A program made the position numbers and the translations under genes. Below are positions 27,985 through 36,423 of a stretch of DNA of 64,000 nt, in pieces. Position 1 is the stretch's first letter, and each line of letters begins with the position of its first letter. Source of the DNA: Candidatus Dojkabacteria bacterium (GTDB taxonomy: Bacteria > Patescibacteriota > Dojkabacteria > GCA-002793355); the NCBI GenBank assembly GCA_030583825.1, contig CP129477.1:510308-574307 (forward strand), in the 5' to 3' direction. Below the pieces are notes generated by a model, which saw only the letters and a program-made list of their open reading frames with translations, had not been told where the DNA came from and ran no database searches.

Positions 27985-28566
27985 ATGGAGAAAAAGCACA
28001 TGCAAACAAATATCAGTCCGTTTACGCTGGAAACCGAAGATGGCGAAATCAAAGCTATGCGTCTTCGCGTGAATACCGCACTTCTGGTCATCGAAGGCGA
28101 TGGTTCAATGACGCTGGGCTTGAATAACGCTGAACCTGTCGCACTCGACTTGTCCAACATTTCGCGTATTCTTCGTATCCGCGATGGGCAGACGGAAGAT
28201 GGTAAACAGGTCGTTGAAGCCGCAATTCTGCGCCGCGATAACCTGCGTAACTTCATGCGTCTGGATAGCGATGTCACCGAAGCCGTTCTTGGCAATGCGA
28301 TGGAAACCCTCCGCCGCGAGCTTGAAATTCTGGAAGATGCGGACTTAGGCACGCTTTTGACCGTATATACAGCGATGGCGAATGCTCGCACCTTCAAGAA
28401 AGTCAAAGAGGATGGTGAAGACGCACAGCAACGGGCAGAAGCTCTTCAGGCGGAACTCGATACGGCGAATGAAACCATTACCACCCTGCGCGAAGCCAAT
28501 GGTGAACTGACCACCCGTGCCGAAACTGCCGAAGACGAACTCAATCGCATTCGTGCAGGGTGGTAA
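27985..28566 (+). CDS. hypothetical protein in GC-rich island (C-terminal coiled coil)
   Basis: 193-aa ORF in a ~52% GC segment with CTG/CGC-rich, enterobacterial-like codon usage. C-terminal heptad-like region (AEALQAELDTANETITTLREANGELTTRAETAEDELNRI). Its stop overlaps the next ATG as TAATG. Confidence 0.5.
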   Translation: MEKKHMQTNISPFTLETEDGEIKAMRLRVNTALLVIEGDGSMTLGLNNAEPVALDLSNISRILRIRDGQTEDGKQVVEAAILRRDNLRNFMRLDSDVTEAVLGNAMETLRRELEILEDADLGTLLTVYTAMANARTFKKVKEDGEDAQQRAEALQAELDTANETITTLREANGELTTRAETAEDELNRIRAGW

Positions 28567-28679
28567 TGGGAATCACAGTGATAATGGTCATCTGGGCGAT
28601 GAAACGGCTCTTGAACGGCTTTTTGAACTGGGCGGCGAAGAAATTCCCACCGATGAAGAAGGCGTTCTCGTCAATGTGA
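28566..28679 (+). CDS. 37-aa hydrophobic peptide (MGITVIMVIWAMKRLLNGFLNWAAKKFPPMKKAFSSM), translationally coupled
   Basis: ATG overlaps the upstream stop (TAATG). One predicted TM helix followed by a basic tail. Same GC-rich composition as the upstream gene. Too short to appear in the 60-aa ORF track. Confidence 0.35.
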   Translation: MGITVIMVIWAMKRLLNGFLNWAAKKFPPMKKAFSSM

Positions 28680-28981
28680 CAGGATAAAAACCCTGACCTT
28701 TGCGTTCGATTCAATCAAAGTTTGCAAGTGCAGACGGCCGAGATTATCTATGAGGAAAAATAACCCCCCTATGCAATCCTCTTCGATCTCGACCGTCAGC
28801 ACCCTTTTTTTATTTCTCCCATGTCCTCGTAACTATCTATTTCTCTCTATAAAAAATATCCACCAATTTTGTACTCATTCATATGCCAGCCTGTTCTCAT
28901 TAAAAAAGTATTGAATGAAAATGAGTAAATCTTTCTATTTGTGCACCTGCAAGTAAAACTGTTCACAGTTTCATTTTCCTC

Positions 28982-30184
28982 ATGTACAATGCCTCTATGG
29001 AGTTACCAAAATCTGCCCGAGAGGTAATAACCTCCCAACTTTTCACTGTTTCTGTCATAGTTCTTACAAGTATTGCATTTGGAATCATTTTTCTTGTGCT
29101 TGTGAATGTTCTTCAGCAGGAAGGAAAAGTCACAATTAACGAAGATGAGGAAGAGACGGTAGAAACTGAGAGACCTGAATCACAAAGCCCGGCACGAACA
29201 CAGTATGCGTTTATGCTTACAGAAACTCCGGCAAATCCAACAGTTACGCAAGTTCAGCAGGAAGGAAATAAGTGCCAGCCTGTAGCATTTGACCCTCGCG
29301 CGACACAAATTACAGCAAAAAGTCAGAAGTTTGCAATCCCAGAAAAATATTACGAAGTTCTGTCAGGGAACGACATATTTACCTTTACAAAAAACGGGTT
29401 TGAAGTAGAAGGCTCGGCAAAGCCCACAGTTATCAGCCCGTTAAGCGCAGATGTATATTCGTTTTTCTGTGAAAATGGTGAGATTTCTTATGTCATCGAA
29501 ATAAACAGGCTCAATACACGTGGCGTTTTTCTCAGCAGAGCAGTACTTTTAACGCAAGTAGTCGCTTACGAATTTATTGATAACTCTACATTATATGTGG
29601 TGCAACTCGTTCAAAACGGCCAGTTATGGGAAAAACAAGCACAAATAATTTCTTTGCCAGGATTACAGCGTAAAAATATTCCTGTTTCTCTCGCATGCGT
29701 GGGTGGTTCGGCAATGATATTAAATAACGAGTTAGTTTTAGCAAATAAGCAGACAGAGGGCCGACCTCCCGAGCCTGGAAAATACCCAACATCGCTTTGT
29801 TTTGTTACAAAAGAAGGAACTGTCCGTGCAATGGCTACTACTTCACTTTCTTGGGACGGCGAAGATCAAAAAACTCCAGTATTTCAATTGTTTTCGACTC
29901 CAGCTCAACCTGGAGCAATCGCAATTTACGACACGTTTTTTACAGGCCAAAATGCCGGTTGTCACCTATATGTGCAATCTTTGTCCAACGGATTGGAACA
30001 AAGGCAGTTTTCATTGGATAAAATAGCGCTGGGAAGCACTCAGAAGCACTGTCCACGTATTCAATTTGATGCTTCTACGCTTTCATTTACATCGGAGGCT
30101 TTGAAATATAGGGTAGAGTCATACAACCAGGTTTTGAGGCAATTACAGTGGTCAGAGTGGCATTCTGCCGGCATTATAAAGTAA
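28982..30184 (+). CDS. hypothetical membrane-anchored (signal-anchor) extracytoplasmic protein
   Basis: 400-aa ORF. N-terminal TM (LFTVSVIVLTSIAFGIIFLVLVNVL), then a soluble domain with several Cys. No recognised motif. Confidence 0.5.
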   Translation: MYNASMELPKSAREVITSQLFTVSVIVLTSIAFGIIFLVLVNVLQQEGKVTINEDEEETVETERPESQSPARTQYAFMLTETPANPTVTQVQQEGNKCQPVAFDPRATQITAKSQKFAIPEKYYEVLSGNDIFTFTKNGFEVEGSAKPTVISPLSADVYSFFCENGEISYVIEINRLNTRGVFLSRAVLLTQVVAYEFIDNSTLYVVQLVQNGQLWEKQAQIISLPGLQRKNIPVSLACVGGSAMILNNELVLANKQTEGRPPEPGKYPTSLCFVTKEGTVRAMATTSLSWDGEDQKTPVFQLFSTPAQPGAIAIYDTFFTGQNAGCHLYVQSLSNGLEQRQFSLDKIALGSTQKHCPRIQFDASTLSFTSEALKYRVESYNQVLRQLQWSEWHSAGIIK

Positions 30185-30185
30185 G

Positions 30186-30250
30186 TACGCGGTTTAACTC
30201 TGCCTCGAATCCGTAAATATTGCTCCGTACCTAATTCTGGGGTTCTGCCA
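30186..30250 (+). repeat. intergenic repeat copy 2 (CTCGAATCCGTAAATATTGCT core)
   Basis: Directly after the stop of 28982..30184. A 21-nt core matches 7988..8008 with one mismatch. Flanked by a short inverted repeat GTACGCGG...CCGTAC. Confidence 0.55.
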
Positions 30251-30278
30251 TTATTCTTTTTAATTTTCTAGTGGTATA

Positions 30279-31661
30279 ATGCTCACAATGAGTGCAATCT
30301 CAACTACACCGTATCGCGAATCATTATCACGCTATCTTACCAATCCTTCCACGGATATTTCTCTTCAAGTCATTAACGAGCTTTCTCGCTTGATGAACGA
30401 TGCTGTTACGGCATTTCAGGCAGATAAAAACAATCCTCACATAGACAAAGATATGGAAAGTTGGGCAGAACAAGAGATCCCTGCAATGGAGGATTTAATT
30501 GTTACTGCTGCGCATGCAATGGCTGCAAAAGATCCACAGTTTGCGCTTACTTTCGCTGTTTGGTCAGGGCCACCTGGCACAGGAAAAGGAACAAATATTG
30601 ACTCAATCACAATTGCGAGCAAATTGCTTCTCGACGCATACTCGGAATCAGAAAAACAAGTTCCAGAGACGATCTTGCCGGTGCTTAAATCACATACTGA
30701 CAAACGAGCATCCATTATTACCGGTACTGGCGGCATAATGCGTGATCAACGTGGAGAATATAAAGATATTTTCGGCAAAGTTCCAGCTCTTGTGGCGGAA
30801 TTAGTACGTCGCGGAGACTTAGTAGGCGACATGTTTATGACCTACTGTGTGCTTATCATGATTCTTGTTCGAGTGACCCAAGGAGCGAGAAAAATCCAAT
30901 TCGATTTATGGCCTAGAACTCTCGCGCAATTGACTATGTACGATCGCCTGATTGTAAAACTCCGTGTTCGTGGGGTAGATATTTACACTGAAATGATCAA
31001 TCTTCGCTTGCTAACACAGCAGGAAATTACTGCAATGAAGGAAAATATTCTTCAATACGCTGCAAGAAGCGAACAAATCGGCAAGTTAAAGCTGCAAAAA
31101 ATGCTGGAACCATGGTTTAAAGACGAAATTAACAAGATCCGTGTAATGAGTTTTGAGGCAGAACATGTAAAAATGTACGAAATGTCTAAGGAAGTCGTAG
31201 ATAAACTTGTCTCGCAGGTAAAAGAAGAGATGCAAACCGACGATGATCCCGCTGCCCGCGTGATTATGGCAGAATATGACCGTGCTATCGAACGTTCGGT
31301 GTATCGCTTTGGAAAAGCAGTTGAAAAAAAGGAATTGCCCCGAGATGATGAGCTTCCTCATTCGCAGTTAAACCGCTTACGAATTTTTGAAATGGATACG
31401 TCTCCATCGGTGCTACGCGCATCTCTTGACCACAATATCAACTTTATTTCATCATTTCAGTCACCGGCAAAAGTTGTTGAAGATATTTTGAATGCGTCAA
31501 TTGATAAAATTGAAAAGGGCGCATTTCGATATGAATTCGCCGACATTTGGAATACTTTCCTTACTGTAACTGGAGAAATCGCTGATGCAGTAGTCCAGCG
31601 CCAAGCAGTTGATGAAGAAAAGTATAAAACTGTGCTGAAAGAGGCACTTTCTCAGGCGTAG
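30279..31661 (+). CDS. P-loop NTPase with nucleoside-monophosphate (adenylate) kinase-like motifs, flanked by uncharacterised N- and C-terminal regions
   Basis: GPPGTGKGT (adenylate-kinase-type P-loop), ITGTGGIMRD (compare AK STGDMLR) and FDLWPRTLAQ (compare AK DGFPRTxxQA). Motif spacings are longer than in true Adk, so the assignment is tentative. Confidence 0.45.
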   Translation: MLTMSAISTTPYRESLSRYLTNPSTDISLQVINELSRLMNDAVTAFQADKNNPHIDKDMESWAEQEIPAMEDLIVTAAHAMAAKDPQFALTFAVWSGPPGTGKGTNIDSITIASKLLLDAYSESEKQVPETILPVLKSHTDKRASIITGTGGIMRDQRGEYKDIFGKVPALVAELVRRGDLVGDMFMTYCVLIMILVRVTQGARKIQFDLWPRTLAQLTMYDRLIVKLRVRGVDIYTEMINLRLLTQQEITAMKENILQYAARSEQIGKLKLQKMLEPWFKDEINKIRVMSFEAEHVKMYEMSKEVVDKLVSQVKEEMQTDDDPAARVIMAEYDRAIERSVYRFGKAVEKKELPRDDELPHSQLNRLRIFEMDTSPSVLRASLDHNINFISSFQSPAKVVEDILNASIDKIEKGAFRYEFADIWNTFLTVTGEIADAVVQRQAVDEEKYKTVLKEALSQA

Positions 31662-31714
31662 ATCGTATTTTGTAAATTCCCTCACGTAAATTACGCGTTT
31701 TTCGATAATTCAGG

Positions 31715-32665
31715 CTAAACTAGTGATGCGACTATTTCCCGTATTTTTTCTGCGTTTGGAAGAATTTCTGCTTCGCGATTTTGAAGAAGTGGCTCAAATT
31801 GAGATGTAAGCCGCGTTATTTTTCCGGAGAATCCTGCATCTGTAAGAAATGCCGCAATTTTCGCACTCACTGTACCGTATCCTTCTTCAATGAGTAGAAC
31901 ATTGCCGGTCTGAGCAGCAGTCAGTATGGTAGGAGCGTCAATAGGAGATAATGATCGTAGATTTACTATGGTCACGTCTGGGATATTTGCTGTTGCGGTA
32001 AATGCTTCTGTTACCATTCTACCGTAGGTGATAATCGTTAGTTTACTGCCGTTTTGTACTATCTCTGCGCGAGAGTGTGAGGTAGGGTGATTTAAGACCT
32101 GTCCTGTAATATTATGTAGAAGTTTATGCTCTACAAATACTATTGGCTCACTGCTTTGTAACGCAATATTCATGAGGTCAAAAGCATCTTGTGGAATTGC
32201 AGGGTAAAACATCTTTAATCCGGGGATATCAATGAATAATGATTCAAGATTCTGTGCATGGGTTGCTCCGTAATTTCGTCCGGAGTTCACAATTATGCGG
32301 AAAATGACAGGAACATCAAATTGTTTATTTGAAAGTGCATTAATTTTTGCAGCCTGGTTAATAATTTGATCCATTGCATGAAGAGAAAAATCTGCAAATG
32401 TATGCTCGATAATTGGGCGCATTCCCTGTATTGCCATTCCGATAGCCATTCCAGCCGATGCTGCTTCAGAGATAGGAGTATCAATAACGCGACCTGGGAA
32501 TTCCTCGGCAAATCCGCTAAAAACTTTGCCTGCACCTCCCCATGCTGATATGTCCTGACCAAGCACTACAATTGATTTGTCATTTTTCATATGAGAATAT
32601 ACGGCTTTGCGAACTGCTTCGGCGTATGTCATGCTTGCATTTTCATTATTTGCTGTATTATTCAT
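31715..32665 (-). CDS. 2-oxoacid (pyruvate/acetoin) dehydrogenase E1 component, beta subunit
   Basis: Transketolase-like pyrimidine-binding domain (VVLGQDISAWGGAGKVFSGF...IDTPISEAASAGMAIGMAIQGMRPI) and C-terminal transketolase_C domain. Start overlaps the alpha-subunit stop by 8 nt. Confidence 0.85.
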   Translation of the reverse strand: MNNTANNENASMTYAEAVRKAVYSHMKNDKSIVVLGQDISAWGGAGKVFSGFAEEFPGRVIDTPISEAASAGMAIGMAIQGMRPIIEHTFADFSLHAMDQIINQAAKINALSNKQFDVPVIFRIIVNSGRNYGATHAQNLESLFIDIPGLKMFYPAIPQDAFDLMNIALQSSEPIVFVEHKLLHNITGQVLNHPTSHSRAEIVQNGSKLTIITYGRMVTEAFTATANIPDVTIVNLRSLSPIDAPTILTAAQTGNVLLIEEGYGTVSAKIAAFLTDAGFSGKITRLTSQFEPLLQNREAEILPNAEKIREIVASLV

Positions 32666-33611
32666 TGCTGCTGTTCGCTAATTTAGTATAAGCTTCCTTA
32701 TCTTTGGCAAGTGACTCAAGTGCTACATGTATTTCTTTGTTGATTTCGGCCTCTATTTTTAGTTCAGTATCTTCGCGGAGCAACTTTCGCATTTGGAGCT
32801 GTTTTTGAGCCATTTTTAGAGGATCTTTTTGTTCCCAGTAATATTCTTCGCCTTCTGACTTGTACGATTGATCTTTGTCGTTTATAGAGTGTCCACTGTG
32901 ACGGAAGGTTGCCATCTCAATAAAGTAGGGCTTCTTTTCTGTTGTAATGTATTCTTTTGCTGTAGAAACTGCGTCATATACGGCCATAATATCGTTTCCG
33001 TCTATCTTTGCGCTTTGTATTCCATACATTGCTGAAACTTTCTGTGCGAGTGCTGTATTTGCAGAATGAACTTTTACCGACGTTGACTGCGCATATTGGT
33101 TATTTTCACAGAGATAAACGATAGGAACGCTCTTAAGCGCCGCAAGATTCATTGTTTCGTGAAAGATTCCTTCTGTTGTTGTGCCGTCTCCAAAGGTACA
33201 AAATATACCCCTAGGGGTATGTTGGTATTCGTTTGCAAGGGCAATTCCAGTGGCGATAGGAAGCTGAGAGCCTACAATGCTGTAAGATCCATATATACCA
33301 TGTGCTGTGCTAAAGAAATGCATTTGTCCACCTGTGCCATAAATAAACTCTGTAAGTACTTCTGTAAAAGGAATATCTCTCCCAATAATATAATGATCAG
33401 GTCTGTGCGAAAGAAGCAGAATATCAGATTGCTGCAATGCAAGCCCGACGCCTGCACCGATAGCCTCTTGCCCAACTGAAAGATGAAGAGTTCCCTTGAT
33501 CCGTCCCTCTGTATAGAGAGATTCAACAAGTTGCTCAAATCGTCGGATTTTTATCATTCGTTTGTAACCTTCAAGCAGTAATGCATCAGTCATACTTGTA
33601 TTGTCGGTCAT
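32658..33611 (-). CDS. 2-oxoacid dehydrogenase E1 component, alpha subunit (TPP-binding)
   Basis: TPP-binding motif GDGTTTEGIFHETMNLAALKSVPIVYLCENNQYA. Likely start is MTDNTSMTDALL at 33611; the track ORF extends to 33725. Confidence 0.85.
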   Translation of the reverse strand: MTDNTSMTDALLLEGYKRMIKIRRFEQLVESLYTEGRIKGTLHLSVGQEAIGAGVGLALQQSDILLLSHRPDHYIIGRDIPFTEVLTEFIYGTGGQMHFFSTAHGIYGSYSIVGSQLPIATGIALANEYQHTPRGIFCTFGDGTTTEGIFHETMNLAALKSVPIVYLCENNQYAQSTSVKVHSANTALAQKVSAMYGIQSAKIDGNDIMAVYDAVSTAKEYITTEKKPYFIEMATFRHSGHSINDKDQSYKSEGEEYYWEQKDPLKMAQKQLQMRKLLREDTELKIEAEINKEIHVALESLAKDKEAYTKLANSSNE

Positions 33612-33680
33612 GAAAAATGAAAACGCAAATTTTTCTGTACAAAATATCTTTTTTTGAAAGTTGCCTATTTGTCTTATGTT

Positions 33681-33702
33681 TATATACCCCCGGGGGTATA
33701 TA
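33681..33702. promoter_or_regulatory. 22-bp perfect palindrome TATATACCCCCGGGGGTATATA in divergent promoter region
   Basis: Located between the divergently transcribed E1-alpha gene (minus) and the ABC-F gene (plus). Each arm contains a TATATA -10-like hexamer. Candidate operator or twin -10 arrangement. Confidence 0.4.
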
Positions 33703-33778
33703 CTCTCTATTGATACGCAAAACAATCCCTAAGCTTGGGAAACAAGACAAAACCGCTGTTTGTGGGGTATAATTACAC

Positions 33779-35383
33779 ATGTCGCCGCAACTGCGCGTAT
33801 TTTTAAAGAAGATTACAATAAAATTCCCACATTCGGAAGCAATTCTGCGTGATTCGTCCTTTATTGCCCACGAGGGTGACAAGATTGCACTCGTTGGAGC
33901 AAATGGTTCAGGAAAAACGACGATCATGAAGTTGATAACAAAGGAACTTACTCCAACAAAAGGAGCTGTTGAGGTTCATGGGAATGTTGTGTATCTTCCC
34001 CAAGTTCACTTTGATCTTCCAAAAGAAAAAGAATTATATGAGTTTATGAGTACTTTCACTGATAATTGGTGGGAAGTTCTTGAGTATGCTCAAGCAAAGT
34101 TTGGCTTAAAGGAGCTGTCTCCAAACCAGAAAATCGGTTCACTAAGTGGAGGAGAGCTTATGAAAGTCTATCTCTCACAGTTTTTAATGAAACAGCCGGA
34201 TATTTTGCTTTTAGACGAGCCAACAAACCACATAGATATTCTATCTCTTGAGGTTTTAATAAAAACGTTGAAAGAATTTCCGGGTACAGTTATATGTGCA
34301 AGCCACGATACTTTCTTTATTAACCAATTCGCCAACAGAGTGGTCGAAATAGATAATCGCGAGTTGATTGCGTACGGTGGTAACTATGACTTTTATGTTT
34401 CCCAAAAGCTTGTAATGGATAATGCTCACGGGCGCCATGTGTTCGCATTGCGTCAAAAAGAAAACCGTCTTCGCCGAGCGCTAAAAATAGAATCGAAACG
34501 TGCTCAACGCTCTGTTGAAAAGGGAATTTCTCTGCAAGGAGACCGAAGCATGGCACGAATCCAGAAAGGATACTTCAAAGACAAAGCAATGAAGAGTACG
34601 GCGAAAATAACGGCATCGCTGGAAAATAAGAAGGAGCGCGTATATCAGAAAATTAAGGGGATGGAAAAATTTGTGCCCAAGAAAGTATCATTTTTGTTTG
34701 CAGATCGAAATGCTCCGCATGATTTGCTGTTTGCAATAAAAGACGGAATTCTAACGGTAGATGGGCATACATTGCTTACCAATATAGACATGACAATTAA
34801 GCGAGGAGAACGTATTACTTTGCTCGGACGTAATGGTGCAGGGAAGACGTTGTTAATGAAAGCTATTCTTGGAGTAGAGACCGAGAGAATTCAGCTATCG
34901 GGTGAGATTTTTCGCGGAGAGAATATGTCCGAATATATAGGACAGGATTTTGGTAAAATAGTGTCACTTTACAAGGATAGTGAACAGGATCTTGTAGACG
35001 CATTTGATGGAGAAAAACAGAATGTGTATAAAAATCTTGTTGGTATCCTAGGACTTTCTGCTATGGATGTCTTCCGTGAGGTAGAAAGCTTTTCCGGTGG
35101 GGAACTTACTAAATTACTACTCTTAGATCTATCGAATAAGCCGCTTGATATGATTATTTTAGATGAGCCAACGAATCATTTAGATATCATTTCGCAGAAT
35201 TCATTGATTACAGCATTACAGCAATTTCAAGGGACATTGCTTGTAACTTCCCATAAACTCGGATTCTTGGCAGCTTTAGGCTTACATAGGGCGTATGTTC
35301 TTGCTCATGGTACAGTATCGCCTTTTACTGCGGATCTTTCGAGTGAAAACGAAATGTATCGTAAATTATTGGCAAAGTTATAA
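33779..35383 (+). CDS. ABC-F family ATPase (tandem ABC domains, no TMD; EttA/Uup-like translation factor type)
   Basis: Two full nucleotide-binding cassettes: GANGSGKTT / LSGGELMKV / LLLDEPTNHID, and GRNGAGKTLL / FSGGELTKL / IILDEPTNHLD, joined by a charged linker. Confidence 0.85.
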   Translation: MSPQLRVFLKKITIKFPHSEAILRDSSFIAHEGDKIALVGANGSGKTTIMKLITKELTPTKGAVEVHGNVVYLPQVHFDLPKEKELYEFMSTFTDNWWEVLEYAQAKFGLKELSPNQKIGSLSGGELMKVYLSQFLMKQPDILLLDEPTNHIDILSLEVLIKTLKEFPGTVICASHDTFFINQFANRVVEIDNRELIAYGGNYDFYVSQKLVMDNAHGRHVFALRQKENRLRRALKIESKRAQRSVEKGISLQGDRSMARIQKGYFKDKAMKSTAKITASLENKKERVYQKIKGMEKFVPKKVSFLFADRNAPHDLLFAIKDGILTVDGHTLLTNIDMTIKRGERITLLGRNGAGKTLLMKAILGVETERIQLSGEIFRGENMSEYIGQDFGKIVSLYKDSEQDLVDAFDGEKQNVYKNLVGILGLSAMDVFREVESFSGGELTKLLLLDLSNKPLDMIILDEPTNHLDIISQNSLITALQQFQGTLLVTSHKLGFLAALGLHRAYVLAHGTVSPFTADLSSENEMYRKLLAKL

Positions 35384-35683
35384 AAAAGATATAACTTTCA
35401 GGCAATTTTCTTTCTTTTTAAGTAGAAGTAAGTGTGTTTATAGTTCTTTGTTAATCATAAAACACTGAGTAACTATAATCTCATTTCTCTTACAGCAGTG
35501 TATGTAGATTCACTCTTGGCATAGGTAAGTTGTTATGAAAATCGTCAACACTTTTTATTCTCCTGCTGTATTTTTAGTAGAAATTTGTATTACCACATTT
35601 TGTGAGTAGCCAATTTAAGTGTATCGTGGTACGATGAGAATAAGACACGTTTTATGGGATAGAAATACTTTATAAATGAAAAC

Positions 35684-36418
35684 ATGAGTAGATCTTGGCA
35701 GAATGTTCCACAAGGTGTGGAACCTAAAAGTAAAAAATCTATGGTACATACTACTGTGAGGCTTATTTCTTCTGTACTGCAGCGAATGATTCAAATAATT
35801 CTGATTGCATCTTTCTTTACGCTGGTACTCATTGTGACATTTCCTCTCTTTGTGTATTACGAGTATAGGCAGAAAATTTATGTTGATAGTGACTCAGTAG
35901 AGCAGCATGACATTGCCATTGTATTTGGAGCCGCGGCATACGGTCTTGATCTGCCAAGTCCTCCACTTAAAGATAGGTTAGAGGTCGCAGCAAAGCTTTA
36001 CCATGACGGAAAGATCAAAAAAATCATCGTATCAGGGGATAATAGTAGTGAGTATTATAATGAGCCGCTAACAATGTTTAACACTTTGGTAAAATTAGAA
36101 GTCAACGAAAAAGATATTGTGCAGGATCCTGCAGGATTTCGCACCTACGACACTTGTGTCCGGGCAAAAAAGATTTTTGGAGTAGATAAAGCACTTCTTG
36201 TTAGCCAGGGATATCATTTGCCTCGTGCGATTTTTACCTGTCAAGCAGTAGGAATAGAAGTAACCGGAATTTATTCGACTGGAGACTTTTCGACATACTA
36301 CAACCGATGGTATTCAGTGCGAGAAATTTTGGCGATTTATAATGCATTTGCGGATATTTATTTATCACCGCCACAGGTTGTACTGGGAGAGCCTACTCCC
36401 ATTGATGTAAATCAGTAA
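35684..36418 (+). CDS. DUF218 (SanA/YdcF/ElyC-like) domain membrane protein
   Basis: N-terminal TM, then a DUF218-type core: IAIVFGAAAYG...KIIVSGDNSS...YNEPLTM...LVSQGYHLPRA. Confidence 0.65.
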   Translation: MSRSWQNVPQGVEPKSKKSMVHTTVRLISSVLQRMIQIILIASFFTLVLIVTFPLFVYYEYRQKIYVDSDSVEQHDIAIVFGAAAYGLDLPSPPLKDRLEVAAKLYHDGKIKKIIVSGDNSSEYYNEPLTMFNTLVKLEVNEKDIVQDPAGFRTYDTCVRAKKIFGVDKALLVSQGYHLPRAIFTCQAVGIEVTGIYSTGDFSTYYNRWYSVREILAIYNAFADIYLSPPQVVLGEPTPIDVNQ

Positions 36419-36423
36419 TAACA

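Noticed and set aside
27921-28406. 161-aa minus-strand ORF in the GC-rich island
   Set aside because: It is antisense to the better-supported 27985..28566 ORF. Its Arg/Ser-rich composition is typical of antisense frames in GC-rich DNA.
31715-33611. E1 alpha/beta genes without E2/E3 partners as an 'incomplete PDH complex' anomaly
   Set aside because: Partner genes may lie outside the window. Stand-alone E1 alpha/beta pairs (acetoin/TPP-dependent dehydrogenase-like) are common. There is not enough here to call it unusual.
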